Shown here piece after piece: positions 11,799 to 21,653 of a stretch of DNA of 64,000 nt. The DNA is taken from contig CAXXJJ010000004.1 of assembly GCA_963667015.2 (NCBI GenBank), positions 3,904,001-3,968,000 on the forward strand. Reading direction: 5' to 3'. Under the pieces are notes generated by a model. That model did not search any database. It was not told the origin of the DNA and saw only the letters and a list, made by a program, of their open reading frames with translations. Origin of the DNA: Desulfatiglandales bacterium. GTDB lineage: Bacteria; Desulfobacterota; DSM-4660; Desulfatiglandales; HGW-15. A program made the position numbers and the translations under genes. Each line of letters starts with the position of its first letter. Positions within the stretch are counted from its first letter, which is position 1.

Positions 11799-11955
11799 TA
11801 ACCAAGCGGGTATCAAGTAGTGTTTTTATTACTGCAATTAACATAGTTGAAACGATTGTTAGAGAATATAAAGGCTATATATTGTTTTGTTTGTGGATTC
11901 GCCCCCACCAACTCCGGCATGATTTCAAAAACTTAGCCTTGATTAATCGGCGTAT

Positions 11956-12894
11956 TTGTTGCAGTTTTTTACTTGTTGTGGCTTTTTACAAATCCTAATT
12001 TTAATAATTTTTTTGGGACAAACCATTATGAAATTTAATGAATTTTTAAGTGCAGATCCTGAAGATTTCGAATCTATTTTTGACTATTATCTTGAATTCC
12101 TATCTGAATTTTCAAAAAGTAATTTCCCGTTTGAGAGTCAAATTAAATTAAAACCAGCAGGAAAAAAGTTTATCGGTACAGTTGTTAGATTCGATTATAA
12201 TAATAGGGGATCCGAAGAAGAATACTTGAAAATGATTGATACATTTAATGATAGACTTAATTATTATAGGCGTTCTGAGAAAAGAAATTTTCTATACAAT
12301 TTTGCATATAAGTTACTTACATTATATCACACAAGCGGAACCTTGTTATTAGTTCAGCAAACATTTCAAGAGTTATATTCAAAATCATCAGATTTTATTA
12401 GCAATATTGCTAATAAAAAAATATATTTTTATGATGATTTACATGTGAATAATTTATTTGATTTTGACAAATCAAATAAGGAGGAAATAAAAAATCTTTT
12501 AATAGAAGCTACTGACCTTATCAATAGTGATAAATCTTTAAACGAGAAAAGTAAGAAAATAATAAATAATTATTTAGATACAGCTATAAAAGAACTCGAT
12601 CGTAAATATGTGAACTGGGTTAAATTTCTAGGAAGAATCAAAGAGACCATCATAATTCTAGGCGCTTTAGGCTCGTTAGCTGGTGGTGCTAGTGTGTTAT
12701 TCCATGTCCAAGAAAAATTAGATCAAGCTACGGTAATAATTCAGAAAACTTCTATTAATATAAATTATACTACAATTAATGAGACTTTTAATATAGATCA
12801 TATTCAAAGGACCGGTCCAATATATAATCTATTATCATTACCTGAAAAATCAGAAAATAATGATGATTCAGATAATTCCGATGATGATAATTAA
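11956..12894 (+). CDS. Hypothetical protein (likely start ATG 12028)
   Basis: Long AT-rich ORF with C-terminal hydrophobic stretch and acidic tail. Confidence 0.6.
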   Translation: MLQFFTCCGFLQILILIIFLGQTIMKFNEFLSADPEDFESIFDYYLEFLSEFSKSNFPFESQIKLKPAGKKFIGTVVRFDYNNRGSEEEYLKMIDTFNDRLNYYRRSEKRNFLYNFAYKLLTLYHTSGTLLLVQQTFQELYSKSSDFISNIANKKIYFYDDLHVNNLFDFDKSNKEEIKNLLIEATDLINSDKSLNEKSKKIINNYLDTAIKELDRKYVNWVKFLGRIKETIIILGALGSLAGGASVLFHVQEKLDQATVIIQKTSININYTTINETFNIDHIQRTGPIYNLLSLPEKSENNDDSDNSDDDN

Positions 12895-12907
12895 TTTTTT
12901 AAGCCAG

Positions 12908-13024
12908 GTAGGTTGGGTTATAACCCAACATCCTTGTTTTTTTAGATGTGTAGTATCGTTTTGATAGTCAGAATTGCACAAGCTCGATAATTTTTGTTGG
13001 GTTGCTACGTTTAACCCAACCTAC
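12908..13024. repeat. REP-like doublet
   Basis: gtaggttgggttataacccaaca ... tgttgggttgctacgtttaacccaacctac in inverted orientation, GTAG tetranucleotide ends. Confidence 0.7.
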
Positions 13025-13243
13025 AATGAATATTGCTGAATTGCAGATCGCTTGCCTTATGTTGCGAGTTCACTTAACCCATTGAAAAAAGGAAGTTATC
13101 AGAACAAGTCTTTGGATATTTCAAATAACCATAAAAAGCAATGAGTTATCCTGCTTTTTGATGATGACAGAGATAGAACTGATAACATAATAATATTCCG
13201 CCTATTATACTTATTCCTTTAACCGGCAGGATGTTCTCCCGGT

Positions 13244-14281
13244 CTATAAACTATCAAGCCATGCCATCATATCTTTGTCACTCTCCCATTGAAGTAGGTC
13301 TTGTATTTTTGAATCGGATATGATTACCGATTTCATATATCTGATAAAATGCTTTTGTATCTCGCGCTTATGTTTGAGATCGAGATGGAGATAAATAGTT
13401 GTTGACTGGATGTTGTCATGCCCTAAACGGTTTTTGATATCCGTGATGGATTCACCACGGTAAAGGAGATCCACTGCCCTGGAATGACGGAAACTGTGAG
13501 CGGGATTGATGTACTTCAGTCGTTTTTCAGGAATGGCCATAGAAAGGTATTTTTTACAGAGACGATAAATACCATGCCTTGTAAGCTCTTCTCTTCTTTG
13601 ATTGATAAAGATACGGTGTTTGTATTGCGCTTTCGGCTCTACACGATATTTTTTTATATAAAGCTGCATGAGCTGTGATGTTCTTTTTTCAAGGGGGATA
13701 ATACGGAAACGATCTCCCTTTCCCAGGATGGCAAGTGTATTATGGTCAGGATCGAAGTAATCGATATTAAGGGCTGTAATCTCACTCGCTCTTGCCCCTG
13801 AGTCATAGAGAAGATGAAGCAGGGTATAATCCCGAAAGCCGTCTCTCCTCTTGATATCTACACATTGAAAGACCTTTAGTATCTCATCCTGATAGAGAAA
13901 GCCTACCAGAGTTTTCCGAGTACGCTTCTGGGGGATATTGAGTATCCTGTCAGCCAGTTCCCTGTATTCAGGACTCATAAACCGGATCATTTTAGCAAAG
14001 GACTTAATGGCAGCCAGTCTTTGATTCCGGGTCTTTGCAATATTATTACGCTCAACCTGCAGCTCGTTCAGGAATGCAATAATTATCTCAGACGAGATAT
14101 GCTCCACCTTGAGAGAGCTTATTTTATTGTCATAATATTTTGCAATAAAAGGCAGAAAAAGTCTGAAGGTATCACGGTAGGATTTGACAGTATTATGACT
14201 TACTCCCTTGATGTGGGGAAGGTATTGTTCAAAGAACTTATGGACAGCAGTAGATATCTTCATTCCTTCCTCTTCTGCCAT
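13244..14281 (-). CDS. Tyrosine recombinase (RIT third gene)
   Basis: SGARASE, GKG, HSFRH, LGHDNIQSTTIY. Confidence 0.92.
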   Translation of the reverse strand: MAEEEGMKISTAVHKFFEQYLPHIKGVSHNTVKSYRDTFRLFLPFIAKYYDNKISSLKVEHISSEIIIAFLNELQVERNNIAKTRNQRLAAIKSFAKMIRFMSPEYRELADRILNIPQKRTRKTLVGFLYQDEILKVFQCVDIKRRDGFRDYTLLHLLYDSGARASEITALNIDYFDPDHNTLAILGKGDRFRIIPLEKRTSQLMQLYIKKYRVEPKAQYKHRIFINQRREELTRHGIYRLCKKYLSMAIPEKRLKYINPAHSFRHSRAVDLLYRGESITDIKNRLGHDNIQSTTIYLHLDLKHKREIQKHFIRYMKSVIISDSKIQDLLQWESDKDMMAWLDSL

Positions 14282-15234
14282 AAAGAAAAATCCACCAGAT
14301 TTTTACGGCTGATCGCATCCATGACCCTGAGATAAACACTGGTGTATTTGTATTCCGCATGGCCCATATAAGCAGCAAGCACCGGAAGGGCATTCTGCGG
14401 AGATTGTCCTCGTTTTTTAACGTTCAGCAGGGTATTTACTGCGAAACTGTGTCTGAGGCTATGAGGTGTGGGCTGACTGAAGTTCACATTGCCTATGATT
14501 TTTCTTGGCTGGTCAAGCCCGATATCTTCTACGGCTTTATGGAATAAATTGCGTATACGATAGTCTCTTATGGCTTTGAGGCCTTTCCCTGCAAGTAGAT
14601 ATGGATTCTCATCATTGGGGCATGCATGCCCGCGCACAGCAAGATAGTTTTCTATCTCCGATTTTACAGTACCTGGTATGGGGATCAACCTCTGTTTCTT
14701 AAACTTGGTCTTTTTAATATACAGGGTAGCGTCATCCCTGTTGTAATGATGTCTCATAAGTTTCAGTGGTTCTGATATCCTCATACCGCATCGTGCCAAT
14801 AAAAGAATAACAAGGTATTCCGCAAGGTCTGCCAGAAAATACTGATTTTTTTTTCTTAATCTATTACATGCGGCATTTAGTAATTGATCGGTTTGCTCAC
14901 AGGAGAAAACAAAAGGAATGATGCTGTTCTCCTTAAGAGGGGGAATGTCCTGAATGGGATTTTCAACCAGGTACTCCTGTCGTAAGAGGTAATTTAAAAA
15001 GACTCTAACTGAGGAGAATACACTGTTGACACCACGTGGCTCTAACTCCAGGCTGGCTCTCATCTCAAGAAAGTAGAAAGAGTGAAGAGAATGCCAGTCA
15101 GCGTTTGTCTCTTTTAAATATCGATCAAGGACCAGAAGATTAGCCCGGGATAATTTTATGCTGTATCCCAGGCCTTGACGATAAGCAAGATAATCATTTA
15201 GTTGCGGAGCAAGAAAACTTTCAAAGTTCTTCAT
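14260..15234 (-). CDS. Tyrosine recombinase (RIT second gene)
   Basis: [33 protein letters not shown]...Y. Confidence 0.92.
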   Translation of the reverse strand: MKNFESFLAPQLNDYLAYRQGLGYSIKLSRANLLVLDRYLKETNADWHSLHSFYFLEMRASLELEPRGVNSVFSSVRVFLNYLLRQEYLVENPIQDIPPLKENSIIPFVFSCEQTDQLLNAACNRLRKKNQYFLADLAEYLVILLLARCGMRISEPLKLMRHHYNRDDATLYIKKTKFKKQRLIPIPGTVKSEIENYLAVRGHACPNDENPYLLAGKGLKAIRDYRIRNLFHKAVEDIGLDQPRKIIGNVNFSQPTPHSLRHSFAVNTLLNVKKRGQSPQNALPVLAAYMGHAEYKYTSVYLRVMDAISRKNLVDFSLWQKRKE

Positions 15235-16399
15235 TAAAGATAACCTTTCTCATAAACTTTGTGCTGATATGAAGATATCTGTGAGTTGACTGTATGTTCT
15301 GGTGGCCCATCATTTCTTTCACCTCATAAATGGATTGGCCCATATGGAGAAGGTTCTGTGCATAAGTATGCCTGAGCCAGTATGCAGATGAAGAGAGCCC
15401 GGCCTGTTTCATGGCCCTTGCTATAGACCCCACAACGTTATTGGCTTTCATAGGATGAAAGGGAAAGTGATGATTAAGAAACAGATATTTTGATGATCCA
15501 TGAGGTCTTCCCTTACTGACATAAAGAGCAATAGCCTTAATGGTGTCTTCAGGTACAGGCAGGATGATGACATCCCCTCCTTTTCTTTCCTTGAGGGTGA
15601 GTTCTTTCTGCTGGAAAGAGATATCATCTAACGTAATCTTACTGATCTCCGCAGGCCTGAGCCCCAGGGAGTAAGCTATGTGTATCAGGGCATAGGTTCT
15701 CATTTGTGTGGGTGTGGAAAGCTCCAGGGAGGCAAAGAGTTCTTTTACCTGCTTTGGACGTAAAAACCTTGGCAGCCTTTTCTGGGCAAACTGAGGAGGG
15801 CCGACAAGAAACGAGGCCAGATCCCTTTTGATAATCTTCTTTTCATGATAGAGATGCTTTAAAAAACCTCTGAGGCAATAACGATAGAGCCTGCGGCTAT
15901 AGTCCGACACCTTGAATGTTGCCATGAAGGCATCACAATGTTCGATTTTGAGTTTTGAAAGGGAGATGGCATTTTTTTCCAGATACTCATGGAATGGTCT
16001 TAAAACCCTCCTGATCCGTTTGATGTGTGTAGGAGAACTGTCAAGAGATTGAGAGTGATGAAGGAGGTATTCTTCATAAATATCCGGTAAAGGTGGCGCA
16101 GCATTTTTTTGATTCAGGGTATGATCGATAACTCCCCGGCTGAAAAGATAGTCTGATAACGACCTAAGTGCAGAATAGGCATTCTTATAACCGCTATATA
16201 TTTGAAAGGCTTCTGCAGTACCATTAGTAAATATGTTTTCCCATATTATATCTTTATGGATTACATAGAAGAGAAAGTCGATCAGGATATGCTTGTAACG
16301 CTTATGGGATCTGCTCCCCTTTTCCTTCTCAATTGATTTGACCCAATGCATATAATCCCGGATCGAGTCCATTAATCTCCGGCTGTCTTCAAGGATCAC
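15221..16399 (-). CDS. Tyrosine recombinase (RIT first gene)
   Basis: LGLRPAE, LRHTYA, MGHQNIQSTHRY. Confidence 0.92.
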   Translation of the reverse strand: MILEDSRRLMDSIRDYMHWVKSIEKEKGSRSHKRYKHILIDFLFYVIHKDIIWENIFTNGTAEAFQIYSGYKNAYSALRSLSDYLFSRGVIDHTLNQKNAAPPLPDIYEEYLLHHSQSLDSSPTHIKRIRRVLRPFHEYLEKNAISLSKLKIEHCDAFMATFKVSDYSRRLYRYCLRGFLKHLYHEKKIIKRDLASFLVGPPQFAQKRLPRFLRPKQVKELFASLELSTPTQMRTYALIHIAYSLGLRPAEISKITLDDISFQQKELTLKERKGGDVIILPVPEDTIKAIALYVSKGRPHGSSKYLFLNHHFPFHPMKANNVVGSIARAMKQAGLSSSAYWLRHTYAQNLLHMGQSIYEVKEMMGHQNIQSTHRYLHISTKFMRKVIFNEEL

Positions 16400-16862
16400 T
16401 TTGAACCTCCAAAAGTGATTCCTGTATCAGCCCGCTGATCCCGGGATTACTCTGGCTTTTATGTGAAGTTTTTTCCCATAATGGTTTCGGAGGCAGGGAA
16501 AGTACCTGATAAAGTGTTCCGTCAAAGGCAATTAAATCTTTCTTTAAGAGCCCATCCCGGGCTTCAATATACTCATCCATAGAAAGCCGGAGCAAAGAAC
16601 AAATGGCATCATAGGAGTAGAAAGATAACCCATATCTATCTGCAGCAAGTATGAGGAAGGAGTATAACAGGATCTCTACCTGTTCCAGGGATGCAAGAAA
16701 CTCATCAGTCAGAAGTCGGTGAGGTAAAAAACCGAAACCTCCTTCAATATGTCTGATCCGATTCGGATTGAGAATCTTTTTCTTTATCATGGTCAACTCC
16801 TGAGTTTTACAGGTAAATATATCTGCAAATCCCGGAAAGAGTCGATCACATCTTGAAAGCAT
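16389..16862 (-). CDS. Winged-HTH-like accessory protein (likely start ~16790)
   Basis: LLYSFLILAADRYGLSFYSYDAICSLL resembles replication-initiator-type wHTH. Confidence 0.55.
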   Translation of the reverse strand: MLSRCDRLFPGFADIFTCKTQELTMIKKKILNPNRIRHIEGGFGFLPHRLLTDEFLASLEQVEILLYSFLILAADRYGLSFYSYDAICSLLRLSMDEYIEARDGLLKKDLIAFDGTLYQVLSLPPKPLWEKTSHKSQSNPGISGLIQESLLEVQSDP

Positions 16863-17294
16863 CTAAGGGGGAAGTCGTTCTATTTTCCTTGTTATAACAA
16901 CCGGTTGACGTCTTAACACCTCTTGAAATCGTCTGAAGAGTAGTTGTCCGAAATACTCAACGATTATAAGATGTTGAATGCTTATCACCTCTTGAACTAA
17001 CAAATGGGGTAGTCCGGACTTTAACCGGGTCTTCGGCTGTAACAAAGGAGAAGTTCCGGACTGACAAGCTGCACTGAGTTTCTTTTGAAGGTAATTGGAT
17101 CTAAAATAGTCGGTGTTTTTCCTGTTCCACTCTCTACACTTCCTTCTATGCCATTCCTTCTTACATCCAGGGTCACCACAGGTCATTTGACGGTCTTTCA
17201 ACCTTGGGTTCGGCACAAACCAGCGCCTACAGATCCTGCACGGTCGCTTCTTTAAAACCTTCTCCTCATGCATCGTTTCCTCCCTTGTTATCAA
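16863..17294 (-). CDS. Cys-rich basic accessory protein
   Basis: CRICRRWF...TCGDPGC putative Zn finger. Confidence 0.55.
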   Translation of the reverse strand: MITREETMHEEKVLKKRPCRICRRWFVPNPRLKDRQMTCGDPGCKKEWHRRKCREWNRKNTDYFRSNYLQKKLSAACQSGTSPLLQPKTRLKSGLPHLLVQEVISIQHLIIVEYFGQLLFRRFQEVLRRQPVVITRKIERLPP

Positions 17295-17665
17295 GGTGAA
17301 AAAACGACTTTAGATTAAAATGGACTGGTATGCATAGAGGGACGCTTTGTATTGGAAAGCTAAATGATGAGAAATTAGATGAATAAAATGGATACTTAAT
17401 CTTTCTTTTGGAATTAAATGATGAATTTTATGGAGGGAATTAAAACACACAACATAACCAATCTCACAACATAGCTTGCTATGATCGCAACTATACATCC
17501 TGTTGAGAAATATAAAGAATATTACAACTCTACGAAAGTGGCCTACCTAATCTCCGCATAAAATATTTAAGAGTGTGGGATATCCGAAATGAAAATCGCT
17601 TAATGGAAAACTGACACAAATTTAAATCAATTAAGTTTTGACAATGACCAGGAAGTTAAAATTAA

Positions 17666-17714
17666 TGGTCGGGGCGAGAGGATTTGAACCTCCGGCATCC
17701 TGCTCCCAAAGCAG
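17666..17714 (-). other. 3' half of tRNA-Pro(TGG): attachment-site duplication of an integrative element
   Basis: Reverse complement ctgctTTGGGAgcaggatgccggaGGTTCAAATCCtctcgccccgACCA = anticodon arm, T arm and CCA; D arm and 5' acceptor strand absent. Confidence 0.9.
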
Positions 17715-18086
17715 AGATTTTACGATGCAAAATAACCTATAACATACTTAATTTACTACGTATTTCCTATTCGTTGATTTTCTTTTCATGCATTTTATGC
17801 ACTGCATGCACTTAATAAAATCAAATACTTAGCATGCAGTAAGTTTTGTAAGGTAGCTATTTGGTAGCTGGAAAGGGTTGGGGAGAATTAGCGATTATGT
17901 CTTTGTGTCCCTCGTTTATTCAACAACCATTTAATTATAATAATTCAACGTATTAATAAATACAATGATATTAATATATATTTAAGCTATTATTGTCCAT
18001 TTTTATATCATTATTGTCTTAAAATATATTTTTTTTTAGACTTTTTATATTGACAAATATTGTTAAATGATTTTAAATTATCATCA

Positions 18087-18563
18087 ATGACTAGTAAAAG
18101 AATAGGATCATATTCAGAAGAATATTTAATTGACCACAAGGGTGTGACACGTCAAAAGATACACTACTGGCGAAAAATTGAGCTACTACCCCCTTTTTCT
18201 AAAGGCACGTATTTTCGAGGGTACAGCTTCTCAGATCTAAAATCAATTTGCCTGATACTGCAGCTTAGAGAAGCGGGAGTAAGCATTGATTTAATTCGAA
18301 AGTCGGTTAACGCAATAAGAAATCGAGAAAAAATTGATTACCCATTATTGAGTAAACGTTTATGGGTTTGGGGAGAAAAAATTTATTATATTTTTGACAG
18401 TAAATTTATCGAAGCAATTTCTGGCCAATTTTATCTTTTAAATAGTGTGGATATTAAACAAGAAAGAATTATTCAGATGGAAATCCCCGTATTATTTGAT
18501 GAAATTGAAATCAAACCAGGAGTCGTTGGAGAAGAAATTAGTATTAACCAACACTTGATATAA
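18087..18563 (+). CDS. MerR-family HTH regulator
   Basis: VTRQKIHYWRKIELL...RGYSFSDLKSI...LREAGVSIDLIRK. Confidence 0.75.
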   Translation: MTSKRIGSYSEEYLIDHKGVTRQKIHYWRKIELLPPFSKGTYFRGYSFSDLKSICLILQLREAGVSIDLIRKSVNAIRNREKIDYPLLSKRLWVWGEKIYYIFDSKFIEAISGQFYLLNSVDIKQERIIQMEIPVLFDEIEIKPGVVGEEISINQHLI

Positions 18564-18922
18564 CATATAGAGTTTTGAACTATTTCACATTCAACTACGT
18601 AGGAGTTAAATTTATTTTCAATTTTTAATCCAAGTAAAATTAAATTTACTTGTTATTTCAACCAGATTTTATTGCAAATTTACCGGTTGATTTTTTAAAT
18701 TAATTAAATAATAAAAAGGCTATTAAAAATTTCTGTCAATAATCTAATTTACTAACCGAATACTATTAATGGCAATACGTCCAGAGAATTAAATGATTAT
18801 ATTTAAATAAGAACAGATTTTATGTGTAGATAATAAAGTTATTATGTTATTGACCTTTGTTTTTACTGATAAGTGATTGTATAATTATATAAACAACTCA
18901 ATTCATAAGAAAGGAGTTGAAG

Positions 18923-19351
18923 ATGGCACTTTCAAAAGATCTTTATGAAATGCAATGGGCAAACGATTTAAGTTCATTAGCCAGTCAAGCACGCTATGGA
19001 ATAAAATACTTTAAAAAAGGAACCAATCAAGAAGACACTCCAGAACTTATTCAAGGTGGAGTAAAATTATGTAATATCCTCGGAAAAGGTACAAAAGCAA
19101 ATCAAGAGCATGCTGTTTTACCAAACCAAATAGGGTATATTGATGCTGTTAAACCATTATCAGGAACATCTATTAGTTTTGAGTACATAGATAGAGTAAC
19201 TCATATCTTAAACTCAATGTTAAAAAACGAAGAGCTTATAGATGGAGACATTGAAATTGCTGATAACTTTCTTATTGAAATAAGTAATGTTTATCAAAGA
19301 TACTCATCGTCTGTATTAAATTCGCTTGTTGAAGAAAAAGTTTTTTACTAA
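18923..19351 (+). CDS. Hypothetical protein, first gene of Dcd operon
   Basis: AAGGAG RBS; 142 aa; no motif recognised. Confidence 0.65.
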   Translation: MALSKDLYEMQWANDLSSLASQARYGIKYFKKGTNQEDTPELIQGGVKLCNILGKGTKANQEHAVLPNQIGYIDAVKPLSGTSISFEYIDRVTHILNSMLKNEELIDGDIEIADNFLIEISNVYQRYSSSVLNSLVEEKVFY

Positions 19352-19413
19352 TTATAGGTTTTAATCCTCTCTGACAATTCCTGTATTTTAGCTTATCACA
19401 ATAAGGATGACTA

Positions 19414-20775
19414 ATGGGTTTAGAGCCTCATAAACAGGTCCTGGTTGATACAGTCGAAAAAATTTGTCTTCTATTTAATTTATCGAAAGCAATTAAAAAT
19501 ATATCCACCTCTAGTGAAAATGCTCTTTTAGAGTTCTATGACAAACAGCTATCAGGAATTATTAAACATCTAAAGCATCCAATAGACCAAATATTATATG
19601 AGCCTGGGTTTGATTTATCGGACTATAACTCCCTATATAATGCTATAACCAATTTTCAAAATTTACATCCTCAATATAGAGTTTTTTCTTCTCTCCCAAA
19701 AATACGAAAAGAAATTTTTTTAATGCTTGAAAATGTTCTTTCTCAAGCGGACTATAATGAGATAGAGCCAACTATTATTTATTCGCCTCTATACAATTAT
19801 TATGAACAAAGCAGCTTAGAACAATTTCAACAATTGGGAATTCTATTAGAGGATGGGGTACCTGATCGAATTGTTCTTATGTTGCCATATGCTGATTTTG
19901 CTAACCCATTAGTTTGGAGTATTTTAGTACATGAACTAAGTCATGCCCTTGAAACAAAATATGGTATTGTTGAAGAATTATCAGAATCCTTTACCCCTCA
20001 CTCAATACCTACAACCAGAAGATCAAAAAATTGGGCAAGCGAGTTATGTTGCGATATGTTAGCTATAAAAATAATGGGGCCTTCTTATTTGAATTCATTT
20101 ATTAATTTAGTTTTTTCAGTGCATCCTTGGTATCATAGCGCCTCAGACAGTCATCCTCATCCAAAGCTCAGAATTCATTTTATGTCAGAATATTTAGATG
20201 AACTTGGGCTACACTCTAACTCTTCAAAGTACTATGTGGATTTCGCAACAAAACTATATGATCTTTTTACGATTGAAGAGGAAAAGCTTCAGTTGGCCAT
20301 ATATATTGAAACCCTTATAGAAAAATTAAAGGAAAAAATATCTGATATTGATTTACCGGATGTTATGGAGCCTCAGAATTCAGTAGCTATTATGAATTTA
20401 ACGGAGAAACTTAAACAAGAGACACCTCTAATTAGTTCATATAATTCAACTTCAATTGATCATATTGAAAAGGAAAAGGAAAAATATTTACTTCAGAAAA
20501 AAGAAGCCTCTGAGATTGATCTTAACAATGCATACAGCCTTCTAAAATTACTAGACGAAAAACCAGCAAAGCCTTCTCATATTTTAAACGCGGCTTGGGA
20601 ATTTCGAGTCGATATGTATTGGGATATATTTATTAGTATCTTTAAAGATCCAAAATTAAAATATGAGGAAAAATTTTTCAAATTTGCGGAGCATATTGAT
20701 AATTTTACTTTCAGCATCATCAAATCAATTGAAGTTTCTAAAATTCACCAAATCTTTAGAACTATGGGAAAATAA
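19414..20775 (+). CDS. HEXXH zinc-metallopeptidase-like protein
   Basis: LVHELSH, ELCCD, HPHPKLR (M48/zincin-like motif order). Confidence 0.65.
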   Translation: MGLEPHKQVLVDTVEKICLLFNLSKAIKNISTSSENALLEFYDKQLSGIIKHLKHPIDQILYEPGFDLSDYNSLYNAITNFQNLHPQYRVFSSLPKIRKEIFLMLENVLSQADYNEIEPTIIYSPLYNYYEQSSLEQFQQLGILLEDGVPDRIVLMLPYADFANPLVWSILVHELSHALETKYGIVEELSESFTPHSIPTTRRSKNWASELCCDMLAIKIMGPSYLNSFINLVFSVHPWYHSASDSHPHPKLRIHFMSEYLDELGLHSNSSKYYVDFATKLYDLFTIEEEKLQLAIYIETLIEKLKEKISDIDLPDVMEPQNSVAIMNLTEKLKQETPLISSYNSTSIDHIEKEKEKYLLQKKEASEIDLNNAYSLLKLLDEKPAKPSHILNAAWEFRVDMYWDIFISIFKDPKLKYEEKFFKFAEHIDNFTFSIIKSIEVSKIHQIFRTMGK

Positions 20776-21413
20776 TGATTCTGAACGAAATGCAAATTTT
20801 CGATAGATTAATTAGCCCTACTCCTAAAAAAAGATTAGTTATCACTCCTATTATTGATGCTGAAGAACAATTCCAACCAGCTTCGTTTGATCTAAGATTA
20901 GGTGTTGAATTTAGTTCTCTTAAAATAAGTAAATTTGAGTATCTGGAAATATTAAAAGAACCAGAGAATGCCATAAAAGAGGTTAAAAACTATGTAGAGC
21001 ATTTCAGCATCTCATATAATGAAAAATTTGTATTACACCCAGGTTCTTTTGCGTTAGGCTCTACTTTAGAATATATTAAAATGCCTTTAGACCTAGCAGG
21101 ACGATTGGAAGGGAAAAGTACATGGGGAAGAGTAGGATTAGAAGTTCATTCTACAGCAGGATTTATTGATCCTGGATTTAGCGGATGTATTACATATGAA
21201 TTACAAAATGTCGGAAAAGTTCCTATCCCTTTGTATCCAGGAATACGTATTGCTCAAATCTGCTTTAATCAAATTGAGGAAACGTCGCTACCTTATACAA
21301 AAAAAAGCACTTCAAATTACAGTGGAAGAGCAGGCTTAATTGATAGTAGATATTACACCCAAAAAGAGTTAGGAAAGCTTCGAGAAATTCATAAAATGGA
21401 AAGAAGTCGTTAA
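20775..21413 (+). CDS. dcd: dCTP deaminase (trimeric dUTPase fold)
   Basis: QPASFDLRLG, GKSTWGRVGL, AGFIDPGFSGCITYEL, PGIRIAQI; TAATG coupling to upstream gene. Confidence 0.88.
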   Translation: MILNEMQIFDRLISPTPKKRLVITPIIDAEEQFQPASFDLRLGVEFSSLKISKFEYLEILKEPENAIKEVKNYVEHFSISYNEKFVLHPGSFALGSTLEYIKMPLDLAGRLEGKSTWGRVGLEVHSTAGFIDPGFSGCITYELQNVGKVPIPLYPGIRIAQICFNQIEETSLPYTKKSTSNYSGRAGLIDSRYYTQKELGKLREIHKMERSR

Positions 21414-21653
21414 CTTTAACGAATATATTTATTAATAAATAAAGTGGGAACCTCCTCTTAGTAACCCTGAAAATATATAAATACCAAATTACAAAGCGAT
21501 GAGATGTTGACATAACATATTTTTCTTAATCTAAAACAATGAAACAAGGATATACAAGAGATCTGTTACATGTAGACTATTAATTCAACAATAAAACTAC
21601 ACATGGACAAGCAATGAACGCTAGTTTGCTTAATAATAGCACTCTCGTTTGAA

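Larger units (their letters stand above)
13057..17474 (-). mobile_element. RIT (recombinase-in-trio) element with two extra upstream genes
   Basis: Three overlapping tyrosine recombinase genes; terminal IR ttatgttgcgag / ctcacaacatag; GCTTGC at both junctions. Confidence 0.75.

Noticed and set aside
17666..17714. Functional tRNA-Pro gene
   Set aside because: D arm and 5' acceptor strand are missing; treated as an att fragment.
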